Origin: an uncultured Chloroflexia bacterium
GTDB lineage: Bacteria > Chloroflexota > Anaerolineae > Anaerolineales > Anaerolineaceae
Direction: 5' to 3'
Length of the DNA stretch: 64,000 nt
NCBI GenBank assembly: GCA_963747325.1
Contig: CAVVEM010000004.1
Location: forward strand, 1 to 64,000
Part shown: positions 10,458 through 19,618 of the stretch, one piece after another
How positions within the stretch are numbered: the stretch's first letter is position 1
How the letters are laid out: the number at the start of each line of letters is the position of its first letter
Program-made: the position numbers and the translations under genes
Notes under the pieces: model-generated
Told to the model about the DNA's origin: nothing
Seen by the model: the letters and a program-made list of their open reading frames with translations, nothing else
The model's database searches: none

Positions 10458-10758
10458 TATCGCTATCCTTGGGTGTAATTATTCTACAGATCATATTATA
10501 ACCCGCAGAGTTTTTTGGTGGGGGGGTGAAACATATATATGGATCGGTGGATATTTGTTGTGTTGTAGAATAATCCAAATATATTTTTGCTATCTAATAA
10601 GTCGGATATTGCTCTTTTTGGTTTGGTTGGAAACTACTAATTTACCGGAAATATCATAAACCATTAAAAAACAGTATGTATGTGGCTTGCCCGGATCTGC
10701 CATGCAACCGGATTGTAGAGGCAAGTTTATATTAATGCGTCAATCGAAACCGAGTTTG

Positions 10759-11487
10759 AAAATCCCGCCCGCAACGCTGGACGAAAAATACCCTTCCATG
10801 GCAGGTGTCAAAAGTAGCTTCACCAATCAAATGTCCAATTGATTTGGCGTGAGGGCAGGTTTACAAGGTGGTGGATAGACCGACAAAATTGATCAAACCT
10901 GCCCCTACAAAAAACTATTGCGCCGAATGGGATTTTCATCAATCCTGTAAATAACATATATACACATTTTCCCTGAATTTGCCAACCCATTGAATTGGGG
11001 CGGGTTTTAATTTAATGCGCTAATCTATCAGAGGCATGAAAAACCCGCCCACAACACAGGACGGAAACTATTTTCAGCCTTGGGATTTGGTAAAAGTACC
11101 TTTGCAAATCAAATACCCAGTGTGTTTGGCGCGTGGGCAGGTTTACAAGGTGGTGGATAGACCGGCAGAATTGATCAAACCTGCCCCTACAAAAAACATT
11201 TCGCCGCATGGTTTTTTTATCAATCTAGAAAAACAATCCCGATGCGATTCAACAGGGCCTGCCAACCCATCGGATCGTAAGGGCGGGATTTAATTATTTC
11301 GCAATCTAAATCGTGTCTGAAAAACCTGCCCCCATCGCAGGACGGGATAATCATCCTGTCTTGGAAGTTGGCAAAAGTATATTCGCAACTCAAACATCTG
11401 ATTTGTTCGACGCTTGGGCAGATTTACAAAGTGTTGGATTGACCGGCAGATTTGATCAAACCTGCCCCTACAGTGGGTAAACCCAAC
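10759..11487. repeat. tandem array of three diverged ~280-bp palindrome-rich repeats (third copy truncated)
   Basis: Units start at ~10759, ~11048 and ~11320. Each has a core hairpin GGGCAGGTTT-N32-AAACCTGCCC (10853-10904, 11135-11186, 11416-11467). Unit junctions carry GGGGCGGGTTTT-N~30-AAAAACCCGCCC. Conserved blocks include caaatcaaat, tcgccgcatgg, tttatcaatc and tgccaacccat. Confidence 0.85.
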
Positions 11488-11518
11488 AAAAAAAACCGCT
11501 GACAACGTCAACGGTTTT
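11488..11518. terminator. bidirectional rho-independent terminator; T8 on the minus strand after the tRNA, T4 on the plus strand after the repeat array
   Basis: A8, stem ccgctgac/gtcaacgg with one mismatch, then TTTT. Read on the minus strand the hairpin is followed by TTTTTTTT. Confidence 0.65.
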
Positions 11519-11521
11519 GCG

Positions 11522-11597
11522 TGGTGTCCCTGCTGGGACTCGAACCCAGGCTCCCGGCTTCGGAGGCCGATACTCTATCCATCTGAGCTACAGGGAC
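11522..11597 (-). tRNA. tRNA-Arg (anticodon CCG), 76 nt, CCA encoded
   Basis: Reverse complement folds as GUCCCUG-UA-GCUC/AGAUGGAUA/GAGU-A-UCGGC/CUCCGAA/GCCGG-GAGC-CUGGG/UUCGAGU/CCCAG-CAGGGAC-A-CCA. Anticodon loop is C-U-CCG-A-A. Confidence 0.9.
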
Positions 11598-11652
11598 GAA
11601 CTGAAAAATTTTACCATGATCTGCAGGGTGTGACCAGCCTGTAAGATCAAAC

Positions 11653-12285
11653 TTATACGGGAAAGGTCAGGCTGGTGCGTTCAATGAGCACATCTTCCTG
11701 CGAAATGCCCAGCGCTTCGACCACTTCATCCGGGCGGCCGGTGGCGCTGGGTTGCATGGTCAGTTCTGTGACCAAAACCAGTTCGCCTGTTGGGGTATGC
11801 TCAACCTGAAGGTCAAGCAGCAGGGGGCGCAGGTCGTAGGTTTTACTGCGCCGTTCGCGCAGCAGTGTTGGTTGGGTTAATAATTGACTTACTTTCTCGC
11901 GTAAATCGTTCTCATCCACCACATCCAGAAAATGGATTTGATAGCGGGAGGAGAGCAAAGCGGCTTGCATGGCAGGTAAATTCAACGCAACTTCCTGAAC
12001 GTTGACGATGGGCAGCCCAGCCTGCGGGGTGATCGTCAAGCGGGAGAGCACTTCATCAACCGAAAGGTCTTCATCCAGCCAGATATCCACCATTTCAAAC
12101 ATACTGATCATGCCCAGGGGCAAAGGGGCAGCTTGATTGATCCGCGGTTGGGGGTGAAAACCCTGGGAATAGCTGATCGGCAAATTGGCACGCCGCAGCC
12201 AACGTTCCCACATTTTATGGATATCCAGATTACTGGTGAAGCGGTTGTCCTTGGTTTTATGGTAGGTTATGCGGTAGCGTTTCAT
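11653..12285 (-). CDS. TIGR03936-family (DUF2344) radical-SAM-associated protein
   Basis: Starts MKRYRITYHKT...FTSNLDIHKMWERWLRRANLPISYSQGFHPQPRI. The ATG overlaps the stop of the upstream radical SAM gene as ATGA at 12282-12285. Confidence 0.75.
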   Translation of the reverse strand: MKRYRITYHKTKDNRFTSNLDIHKMWERWLRRANLPISYSQGFHPQPRINQAAPLPLGMISMFEMVDIWLDEDLSVDEVLSRLTITPQAGLPIVNVQEVALNLPAMQAALLSSRYQIHFLDVVDENDLREKVSQLLTQPTLLRERRSKTYDLRPLLLDLQVEHTPTGELVLVTELTMQPSATGRPDEVVEALGISQEDVLIERTSLTFPV

Positions 12286-14174
12286 TCCTGCACCTCTGCG
12301 GTGACTTCGGGGCATTTCCATTTGTCGCCAGGCGTTTCCTTGCGTAATGCCGAGAACATGGGCAGGACACCGCAGGCATAGCACTGCTGACGGCAGTCCT
12401 CACGATATTCGCCGCGCTGGCTGCGTTCATATTCTTCCCAAAGGTGCGATTTGCGCACCCCGGTGTGGATATGATCCCAGGGGAAGACTTCGTCTTTATC
12501 CCGTTCGCGGGAGGAATAAAAATAGGGATCAATGCCCATCTCGGCAAAAGCGGCCTGCCAAAGATCGAAATTGAAATATTCCTTCCAGGCATCGAATTTA
12601 GCACCGTTTTTCCAGGCAATTTCAATTACATCCGCTACACGCCGGTCTCCGCGGGAGAGCCAGGCTTCGAGCAGGGTTTCTTTTTGATTACTCCAGTTCA
12701 ATTTCAATCCGGCACCGGAAAGCTCCTTGCGTAGCAGATCCTGTTTCAGCTTGATCTGTTCGGCGGTATCACAGGCGGCCCATTGGAAGGGGGTCTGAGC
12801 CTTGGGAATGAAGGTGCTGACTCCGGCTTTGATCATGACCCGTTTGCCGATGATGCGGCGGCCTTCATTGCGCACGGCTTTGCAGAGGTCAATGATAGCC
12901 TGAACATCCTCAATGGTTTCCATGGGTTGGCCGATCATGAAGTATAACTTGATCGTGGACCAGCCGCGGGTGAAGATATCTCGTACGGTTTCCAGAAGCT
13001 GTTCACTGGAGATATCCTTGTTGATGATGGCGCGCATGCGGTCACTGGCAGCTTCCGGGGCAATGGTGAAGCCGGATTTGCGTGTAGTCTTTAGTTTTTC
13101 CAGCAAATCAATGGAAAGACTCTCAATGCGCAGCGAAGGCAGCGAGATGGTCAGGTTTTTACCGGCAAATTTTTGACTGATGGTATCCACCAATTCAACA
13201 ATGTGGGTGTAATCGGAGGAGGATAAGGAGAGCAGGGAAACCTCTTCATAGCCGGTATTGGCCAGGGAAGTCTCGATGGTATGCATGATTTGTTCAACAC
13301 TTTTTTCGCGCACAGGGCGGTTGACCGCGCCGGCGTGACAGAAGCGGCAGCCGCGGCTGCATCCGCGCATGATTTCCACGGCGATGCGGTTGTGAACCAC
13401 ATCCACGGAGGGCACGATGGGTTTGATCGGTCCGCCTGGCAGATCCGGGACGAAGCGTTTTTTGATGATTGAGGGTGCGCTTTCGTTTAATTTCTTAATG
13501 GCAATCGTTTTGCCTTCTTCATCCAGACTTGGCTGATAAAGAGAAGGTACATAAACGCCCCATATCGTGGAAAGGCGAAGCAGCAATTCTTCCCGGCTTT
13601 GCCCGCTTTTACGCCAGAGATTGAGCAGTTCAATGATCTCATGGACCACTTCCTCTCCTTCACCAATCACAAAAGCATCCATAAACGGCGCCATGGGTTC
13701 CGGATTATACGAGGATTGTCCACCGGCTATAATCAAAGGGTGATCTGAGGTGCGTTGGGAAGTGCGCAAAGGGATCTGTGCCAGATCCAGCATGTTGATG
13801 GTATTGGTGTAAAGGGTTTCATAGGGCAAAGAAAACCCAATCAGATCAAAATTAGCCAGGGCGGTTTTGGATTCAAGGGAATACAGCGGGATTTGATGCG
13901 CCCGCATTAAGTCTTCCATGTCCGTCCAGGGGGCGAAAGCGCGCTCAGCAAGCGTGTCCTCGCGCTGGTTCAGGGTTTCATAGAGGATGGAGATGCCTAG
14001 ATTAGAGGTGCCGATATCATAAATATCGGGAAAAACCAGGGCAACATGGTTTGGCACACCATTCCAATCTTTTTTTATCTGATTGAGTTCCCCCCCAACA
14101 TAACGACCGGGTTTTTGAATCTGGTAAAGTTTCCGATCGAGAAAATCTTCAATTCTTTTGGCAGCGTCTACCAT
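12282..14174 (-). CDS. TIGR03960-family B12-binding-domain radical SAM protein
   Basis: 630 aa; CxxxCxxC (CSRGCRFC) radical SAM core; N-terminal B12-like domain; conserved partner of the DUF2344 gene. Confidence 0.8.
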   Translation of the reverse strand: MVDAAKRIEDFLDRKLYQIQKPGRYVGGELNQIKKDWNGVPNHVALVFPDIYDIGTSNLGISILYETLNQREDTLAERAFAPWTDMEDLMRAHQIPLYSLESKTALANFDLIGFSLPYETLYTNTINMLDLAQIPLRTSQRTSDHPLIIAGGQSSYNPEPMAPFMDAFVIGEGEEVVHEIIELLNLWRKSGQSREELLLRLSTIWGVYVPSLYQPSLDEEGKTIAIKKLNESAPSIIKKRFVPDLPGGPIKPIVPSVDVVHNRIAVEIMRGCSRGCRFCHAGAVNRPVREKSVEQIMHTIETSLANTGYEEVSLLSLSSSDYTHIVELVDTISQKFAGKNLTISLPSLRIESLSIDLLEKLKTTRKSGFTIAPEAASDRMRAIINKDISSEQLLETVRDIFTRGWSTIKLYFMIGQPMETIEDVQAIIDLCKAVRNEGRRIIGKRVMIKAGVSTFIPKAQTPFQWAACDTAEQIKLKQDLLRKELSGAGLKLNWSNQKETLLEAWLSRGDRRVADVIEIAWKNGAKFDAWKEYFNFDLWQAAFAEMGIDPYFYSSRERDKDEVFPWDHIHTGVRKSHLWEEYERSQRGEYREDCRQQCYACGVLPMFSALRKETPGDKWKCPEVTAEVQE

Positions 14175-14297
14175 TAAGCTCTCCTGAAGCGATATCCCCT
14201 AATTTTACCCTATAAGAAGAAAACGTGACGACTCGTGGTTGATAAAAAAGACCCTGAAGGTTTATGGTGAAACCTTTAGGGTCTGGTCGTTAATGAC

Positions 14298-15089
14298 TCA
14301 GGCTGTGCCTTTGTACAGGCCGCCGTCTACGGTCAGCATGACCCCAGTGATATAGGAAGCCGCCGGAGAAGCTAAAAATACGAGCGCATTGGCAAATTCT
14401 TCCGGTTCTGCCATGCGTTTCAGGGGGATGGCTGCACTCTGTTTCCGCAGTTCTTCCTCCATGCTGCTGTTGTTTTGCTGGACTCGATGACCCAATAACT
14501 CCTGCACCCGTTCTGTTTTAGTCCAACCCGGCAGGATGGAATTAAAGCGAATATTTTCTCCGCCTAATTCAATCGCCAGGGATTTGGTCAGAGCGGCAGT
14601 TGCTGCTCGCACGCTGTTGGAGAGGATCAGATTTTCAATAGGCTGCTTCACGGAGACGGAAGTTAGTGTCACCACACTGGGTGTATCCGATTTTCTGAGC
14701 AGAGGCAGGGCTTCACGGATCAAACGAACCTGACTCATGAAGGACAGGTTGACAGCTGAATTCCATTGTTCGTCGGTAAAGGATTCAAAAGAACCGGAGG
14801 GCGGTCCGCCGGCATTGCAAACCAGAATATCCAATTTAGCGAAGCGGTTACGAATTTCTTCCATGATGGTCGAAACCGTACCAGGCAGGGTGATATCTCC
14901 AGCCATGGGGATCACCTCAGTTTTAGTGGCTTCACGAATGAGTTGAGCGGCTTTTTCCAGTTTTTGATCATCTCGACTGTTGATAAAAAGGATTGCGCCT
15001 TCTTTGGCAAACTGCATGGCAGCGGCATAGCCTAATCCTTTACTTGCACCGCTGACTAATACGATTTTTTTTGTTAATTTGAGATCCAT
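14298..15089 (-). CDS. SDR family oxidoreductase (3-oxoacyl-ACP reductase-like)
   Basis: TGASKGLGYAAA Rossmann motif, NAG, and the catalytic S...YxxxK region; AAGGAG RBS 8 nt upstream of ATG 15089. Confidence 0.8.
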   Translation of the reverse strand: MDLKLTKKIVLVSGASKGLGYAAAMQFAKEGAILFINSRDDQKLEKAAQLIREATKTEVIPMAGDITLPGTVSTIMEEIRNRFAKLDILVCNAGGPPSGSFESFTDEQWNSAVNLSFMSQVRLIREALPLLRKSDTPSVVTLTSVSVKQPIENLILSNSVRAATAALTKSLAIELGGENIRFNSILPGWTKTERVQELLGHRVQQNNSSMEEELRKQSAAIPLKRMAEPEEFANALVFLASPAASYITGVMLTVDGGLYKGTA

Positions 15090-15106
15090 ACGATTCTCCT
15101 TGACCT

Positions 15107-15394
15107 TCAAAACAGGTCGATTTTGGTATCCAAAAGACTTACATCCAACCAGCTTTCTTCAATATACTGGGTGATTTTGTGAAGGGTTTGGGTCACAACC
15201 ACGGCATCATTACTGAGGGTGGTGAAACCCAGCAGGGTAGTTTGCCAGACATCCTGAAAATCCACTTCAGCAGAAGAAACATTAAATTGGTGCTGCGTCT
15301 TTGCCAGAATGGATTTAAGTACACTCCTTTTTTCTTTCAGTGAGTGGCAGTTCGGCAAGTATAACTTGATCAAGAGACGGCCGCAAACAACCAT
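15107..15394 (-). CDS. DUF503 family protein
   Basis: MVVCGRLLIKLYLPNCHSLKEKRSVLKSILAKTQHQFNVSSAEVDFQDVWQ matches the DUF503 signature (SLKEKR...VS.AEV..QD.W). Confidence 0.7.
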   Translation of the reverse strand: MVVCGRLLIKLYLPNCHSLKEKRSVLKSILAKTQHQFNVSSAEVDFQDVWQTTLLGFTTLSNDAVVVTQTLHKITQYIEESWLDVSLLDTKIDLF

Positions 15395-15629
15395 GGGATA
15401 CCTCTGCAGCATAAATGTCAAAAGCATGTGTAAAAACCCTATAGGGTCAACTGCGGTCAATTTCTACCGAAAAGTCAGAGGATTGACTGTTTTCAAAGCA
15501 ACTATTGCTTGATAAACCTTTTAAGTTTGCCTTTTTTGTTACTAAACACCCTCAAATGTATGGACTTGCAAATCCCTGAGGCGAAGGGTACAATCTCGAG
15601 GGTAGAAATCTATTATCAGGGTTAACTAT

Positions 15630-17000
15630 ATGAAATTTTCCCCCGAATATCAAGCTGCACTGGATTACATTTATCAGTTTGTCGATTTCAGCATGACCAA
15701 AGGGCAGGTGTTTACCTCAGATACCTTTGATTTGACACGCATGAAAGCGCTACTGGAAGGTTTGGATAACCCTGAGTTAAAATTTCCTGTCATTCATATT
15801 GCAGGCAGCAAAGGCAAGGGCTCCACAGCTGCTATGATCGCCTCCGTGCTGCAAGCCTCAGGGTACAAGGTAGGTTTATACACTTCACCGCATATGATTG
15901 ATTTCAATGAGCGTATTCAGATCAATGGTATTCCCATCCCGCATGCTGAGTTTGTGGAACTGCTTGGATGGAGCAAACCCATGATCGAGGATGTGGCACA
16001 AATTACGACCTTTGAAGTAATGACGGCCCTGGCTTTTCTCTATTTTGCACAGCGTTCTGTGGATATTGCCGTGGTGGAAGTCGGGCTGGGCGGTCGTCTG
16101 GATGCCACCAATCTGGTGCAGCCGCTATTAACCATTATCAGTTCCATTTCACTGGATCATACGGCCATTCTGGGAGATACCCTGGAAAAAATCGCCACGG
16201 AAAAAGCAGGCATTGTAAAACCCGGCGTGCCGGTGGTGATTGCCCATCAAACCGGGGATGTTCTGAAACATATACAATCCATCTGCAAAGAACGCGGCAG
16301 CGAGAGCCTGGCTGTGGATACTTTGGTCAGCACGAAGCAGCGGAATGCAGGTATTCATGGGCAGGTTGTCCAGTATAAATTTCAATCGGCTATGCCCGGC
16401 AGGGATTTGATGAGCGCGAATGGTGAAGTGGAGCTGGATTTACCGCTGGTCGGCGAGCATCAAATAGAAAATGCCGGCACGGCCCTGGTGGCAGTCGGCT
16501 GGCTGATGGCGCAGGGGATGCATATTATCCCTGAGTCTATGATCCGCGGTTTTCATAAAACCGATTGGCCAGGACGATTTGAAGTAATTTCCACCCACCC
16601 TGCGGTGATAGTAGATTCTGCTCACAACCCGGATTCAGCCCGCCGTTTGACAGCCACCCTCCAGGAACTGCTGCCGGGAAAAATGATCAGCATGATTTTT
16701 GGAGCCTCGGAAGATAAGGATGTGGAAGGGATGCTTACTGCGTTTCATGGTACGATTAACCACTTCATTTTCACCGAATCCATCCATCCGCGTGCCATGT
16801 CGATTGAAACGTTGGAACAATTAGGACGTACTCTAGGGTTGTCTTTTGAATGTATTGTGCCGCTTGAAAAAGCTGTTTCGAAAATCTGCTCAACACTGCC
16901 AGTCGATGAAGTTTGTATTGCAACAGGGAGTGTTTTTATTGCCGCAGCGGTCAAGGAAGAGTTTGCGACAAGCTGTACGAAGAACGATTATAAGGTATAG
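15630..17000 (+). CDS. folC: bifunctional folylpolyglutamate synthase/dihydrofolate synthase
   Basis: 456 aa; P-loop IHIAGSKGKGST, the Mur-ligase-family motif, and the conserved DSAHNP. Confidence 0.9.
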   Translation: MKFSPEYQAALDYIYQFVDFSMTKGQVFTSDTFDLTRMKALLEGLDNPELKFPVIHIAGSKGKGSTAAMIASVLQASGYKVGLYTSPHMIDFNERIQINGIPIPHAEFVELLGWSKPMIEDVAQITTFEVMTALAFLYFAQRSVDIAVVEVGLGGRLDATNLVQPLLTIISSISLDHTAILGDTLEKIATEKAGIVKPGVPVVIAHQTGDVLKHIQSICKERGSESLAVDTLVSTKQRNAGIHGQVVQYKFQSAMPGRDLMSANGEVELDLPLVGEHQIENAGTALVAVGWLMAQGMHIIPESMIRGFHKTDWPGRFEVISTHPAVIVDSAHNPDSARRLTATLQELLPGKMISMIFGASEDKDVEGMLTAFHGTINHFIFTESIHPRAMSIETLEQLGRTLGLSFECIVPLEKAVSKICSTLPVDEVCIATGSVFIAAAVKEEFATSCTKNDYKV

Positions 17001-17008
17001 GATTAAAT

Positions 17009-19500
17009 ATGAAATTTGATGATTCATTTCCCTCGGATGCTGATGAGAGCCGGTTGCCATCCATTTTGCAGCAGCGAACTGAAGAGTTGTACACTATTCC
17101 CAATGCGGAAGTGGATGAGGATGGTTTTATTATTGCTCCAGCCATTTTATTCCGCGAGGTTGTGGTATTTCCACGCATGATCTCTCCAATATTTGTAGTT
17201 CCGGGAGAAAATTTGTTCGCCATCCAGGAAGCCCAACACAATTTTCAAACAGCCATAGGGCTGATTATCACAGATCCTGAGGTCGATAAACCCACCATCG
17301 AAACGGTACTAGCCGTAGGCATCGAAGTGGCGGTTGGACGGTTGCTCAGTATGCCGGATGGAAACAGCAGTGCGCTGGTGCAGGGCAGAAGACGGGTGGA
17401 AATTGTGGAAGTCCTGGAGATGGATCCCTATTACCTGGTTAAAGCTCGGCCGATTGAAGATTCCCTGGAAACCGATCGCAATATGGATGCCATCATGCGT
17501 TCGGTAAAGGATTTGTTTGACCGCTGTGTTCAGTACAATCGCAGCCTGCCCGATGAAGCTTATTTGTATTCCATGAATATAACGAGCCCGGCTGGCTGGC
17601 GGATATGGTTGCCACGGCAATTTCGCTGCCTTTCGAAGATCGCTTGATTTTACTTTCCACGATCAACGTCGAAGAACGCTTGAAACATGTCAATTGGCTG
17701 CTGGCCAAAGAACTGGACGTTCTTGAATTGGAAAAAGAGATTCAAAATCGGGTACAAAGTGAAGTAGACCGCGGACAGCGCGAACATTACCTGCGCGAAC
17801 AATTACGGGCGATTCAAAAAGAACTGGGCGAAGAAGATTCCTGGATGAAGGAAATCAATGAGCTGCAGGTCAAGGTAAAAGCACTGAATGTTAACGGCTG
17901 AAGCCCGTGCCGCAGCTGAGCGCGAGCTGGAACGACTGGCTCAGGTTTCCAGTTTTGCGCCTGAAGTAGGCATCATTCGTGCCTATCTGGATTGGATTTT
18001 AACCCTGCCCTGGAAAAAAACAACCAAGGACAACCTGGATGTTGCCAGAGCAAAAGAAATACTGGATCGCGATCATCACGGATTGGAAAAAGTCAAAGAA
18101 AGAATTTTGGAGCATATTGCCGTTAAATCCTTGAAACCCAAGGATGACCGCCAGCCGATTTTATGTTTCGTGGGACCTCCCGGCACCGGCAAAACTTCAA
18201 TTGGCAAATCTATTGCTGAAGCAATGAAGAAGAAATTCGTGCGACTTTCATTGGGCGGCGTACGGGACGAAGCAGAAATCCGTGGACACCGGCGAACCTA
18301 TATCGGGGCACTGCCGGGTCGTGTCCTGCAAACCCTTAAACGCGCAGATTCAAAGAATCCACTCTTTATGCTTGATGAAATTGACAAACTTGGCAATGAT
18401 TATCGCGGTGATCCGGCTTCTGCATTACTGGAAGTGTTGGATCCTGAGCAAAACAATGCTTTTTCGGATCATTACATGGAGATTCCATTTGATTTGTCAA
18501 AAGTGATGTTTATCACCACGGCCAATCAATTAGCCACCATCCCGCCGGCGTTATTGGACCGGATGGAAATTGTGGAATTCTCCGGTTACACGGAAGACGA
18601 GAAAATTGACGATTGCCAAACACCATTTGATTTCCCGTCAATTGGGTCAAAATGGTTTGGCTGATGGCGAAATTGCAATTTATGGAGTGGGGCCTTTCCA
18701 AGTTGATTCAAGAATATACCTATGAAGCCGGTGTACGGAACCTGGAACGTGAAATCGGAAATATTTGCCGCAAGGTTGCGCAGGAAAAAAGCAGAAAAGA
18801 AAGCAGTTCCTCATCGGATTTGACCTGAAGTGGTGGAAAAGTTTCTGGGACCACCGCAGTTCTTCCAGACATGGCCGAAATGGAAGATGAAATTGGTGTA
18901 GCGACTGCCATTGCCTGGACTGAAAACGGCGGCGATGTGATGCCGATTGAAGTGCTGGTTTATGAAGGCAAAGGAAATTTGCAAATCACCGGCCAGATCG
19001 GTGATATCATGCAGGAATCCGCTCAAGCGGCACTCTCCTACATTAAATTTATTGCCGAAGATTTTGATATTGATCCTGCGCGTTTTGAGGCGATCGATAT
19101 ACATCTGCACGTCCCAGAAGGCGCCATTCCCAAAGACGGCCCAAGTGCAGGTATTACCATCGCAACGGCTATTTTGTCTGCCTTGACGCAAAGGAAGGTG
19201 AAGAAGCAAATGGGCATGACCGGCGAGATCACCCTGCGTGGTAAGATCCTGCCTATCGGCGGCGTGAAGGAAAAACTATTGGCCGCACACCGCTGCGGCA
19301 TAAAATCGGTAATCATGCCGGAAAAGAATAAAAAAGATTTACATGATGTACCCAAAAAAGTGCTTTCCGATATGGAAGTGTTATTCATGTCTCACGTGGA
19401 TGATGTATTTGAATTCGCTTTAATGGAACCTGAAATCTCTGAAGAAGAGAGCGAAGGGCAGGAAAGCGAGAAAAACAGCGAACCAACCCCTGAAGAATGA
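17009..19500 (+). pseudogene. lon: ATP-dependent Lon protease, broken by at least 5 frameshifts (probably assembly indels)
   Basis: Four ORFs (17009-17647, 17605-17901, 17888-18664, 18871-19500) plus unlisted pieces together cover the Lon N-domain, AAA+ ([24 protein letters not shown]) and the protease domain (WTENGGDV...PKDGPSAGIT). Frame shifts occur at ~17600, ~17885, ~18610, ~18690 and ~18815-18860. Confidence 0.8.
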
Positions 19501-19515
19501 TCATTGTAAAATTGG

Positions 19516-19555
19516 GAGCCTGTCCCAGATTTCCTTGAGACAGGCTCTTTTTTTT
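19516..19555 (+). terminator. rho-independent terminator after lon
   Basis: Perfect 9-bp stem gagcctgtc/gacaggctc with a 14-nt loop, followed by T8. Confidence 0.7.
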
Positions 19556-19618
19556 AATTCAACCGGTTATTGCATTTGCGTGGAAAACTTATCAGTTATG
19601 GACAGTTTTCTGCCTGGT

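Noticed and set aside
10759-11487. Possible CRISPR array or integrated mobile element at the tRNA-Arg
   Set aside because: The repeat units are ~280 bp with ~30-bp junctions, not 25-40-bp direct repeats with unique spacers. There is no cas gene, integrase or transposase anywhere in the window. No duplication of the tRNA 3' end was found in the repeats.
11012-11511. Small minus-strand ORFs (65 and 73 aa) inside the repeat units as confident protein-coding genes
   Set aside because: They are not called as CDS features. They read straight through perfect DNA palindromes, and one would have to initiate at a TTG inside the tRNA terminator stem. Unit 1 has a premature stop. The possibility is kept open in the repeat finding because of the frame-preserving indel.
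12257-12734. Three overlapping ORFs (12257-12625 minus, 12347-12574 plus, 12444-12734 plus)
   Set aside because: They overlap the 3' end of the TIGR03960 radical SAM gene and the DUF2344 start in other frames. Their Arg/Pro-rich products are typical of GC-rich antisense reading.
14536-15035. Plus-strand ORFs antisense to the SDR gene
   Set aside because: They are fully contained in the conserved SDR oxidoreductase on the opposite strand.
17605-19209. Several medium ORFs that could be read as separate small genes (for example 17605-17901, 18282-18506, 18811-19209)
   Set aside because: They are either frame-shifted pieces of one Lon protease or antisense to it. Concatenation reproduces the full Lon domain order.
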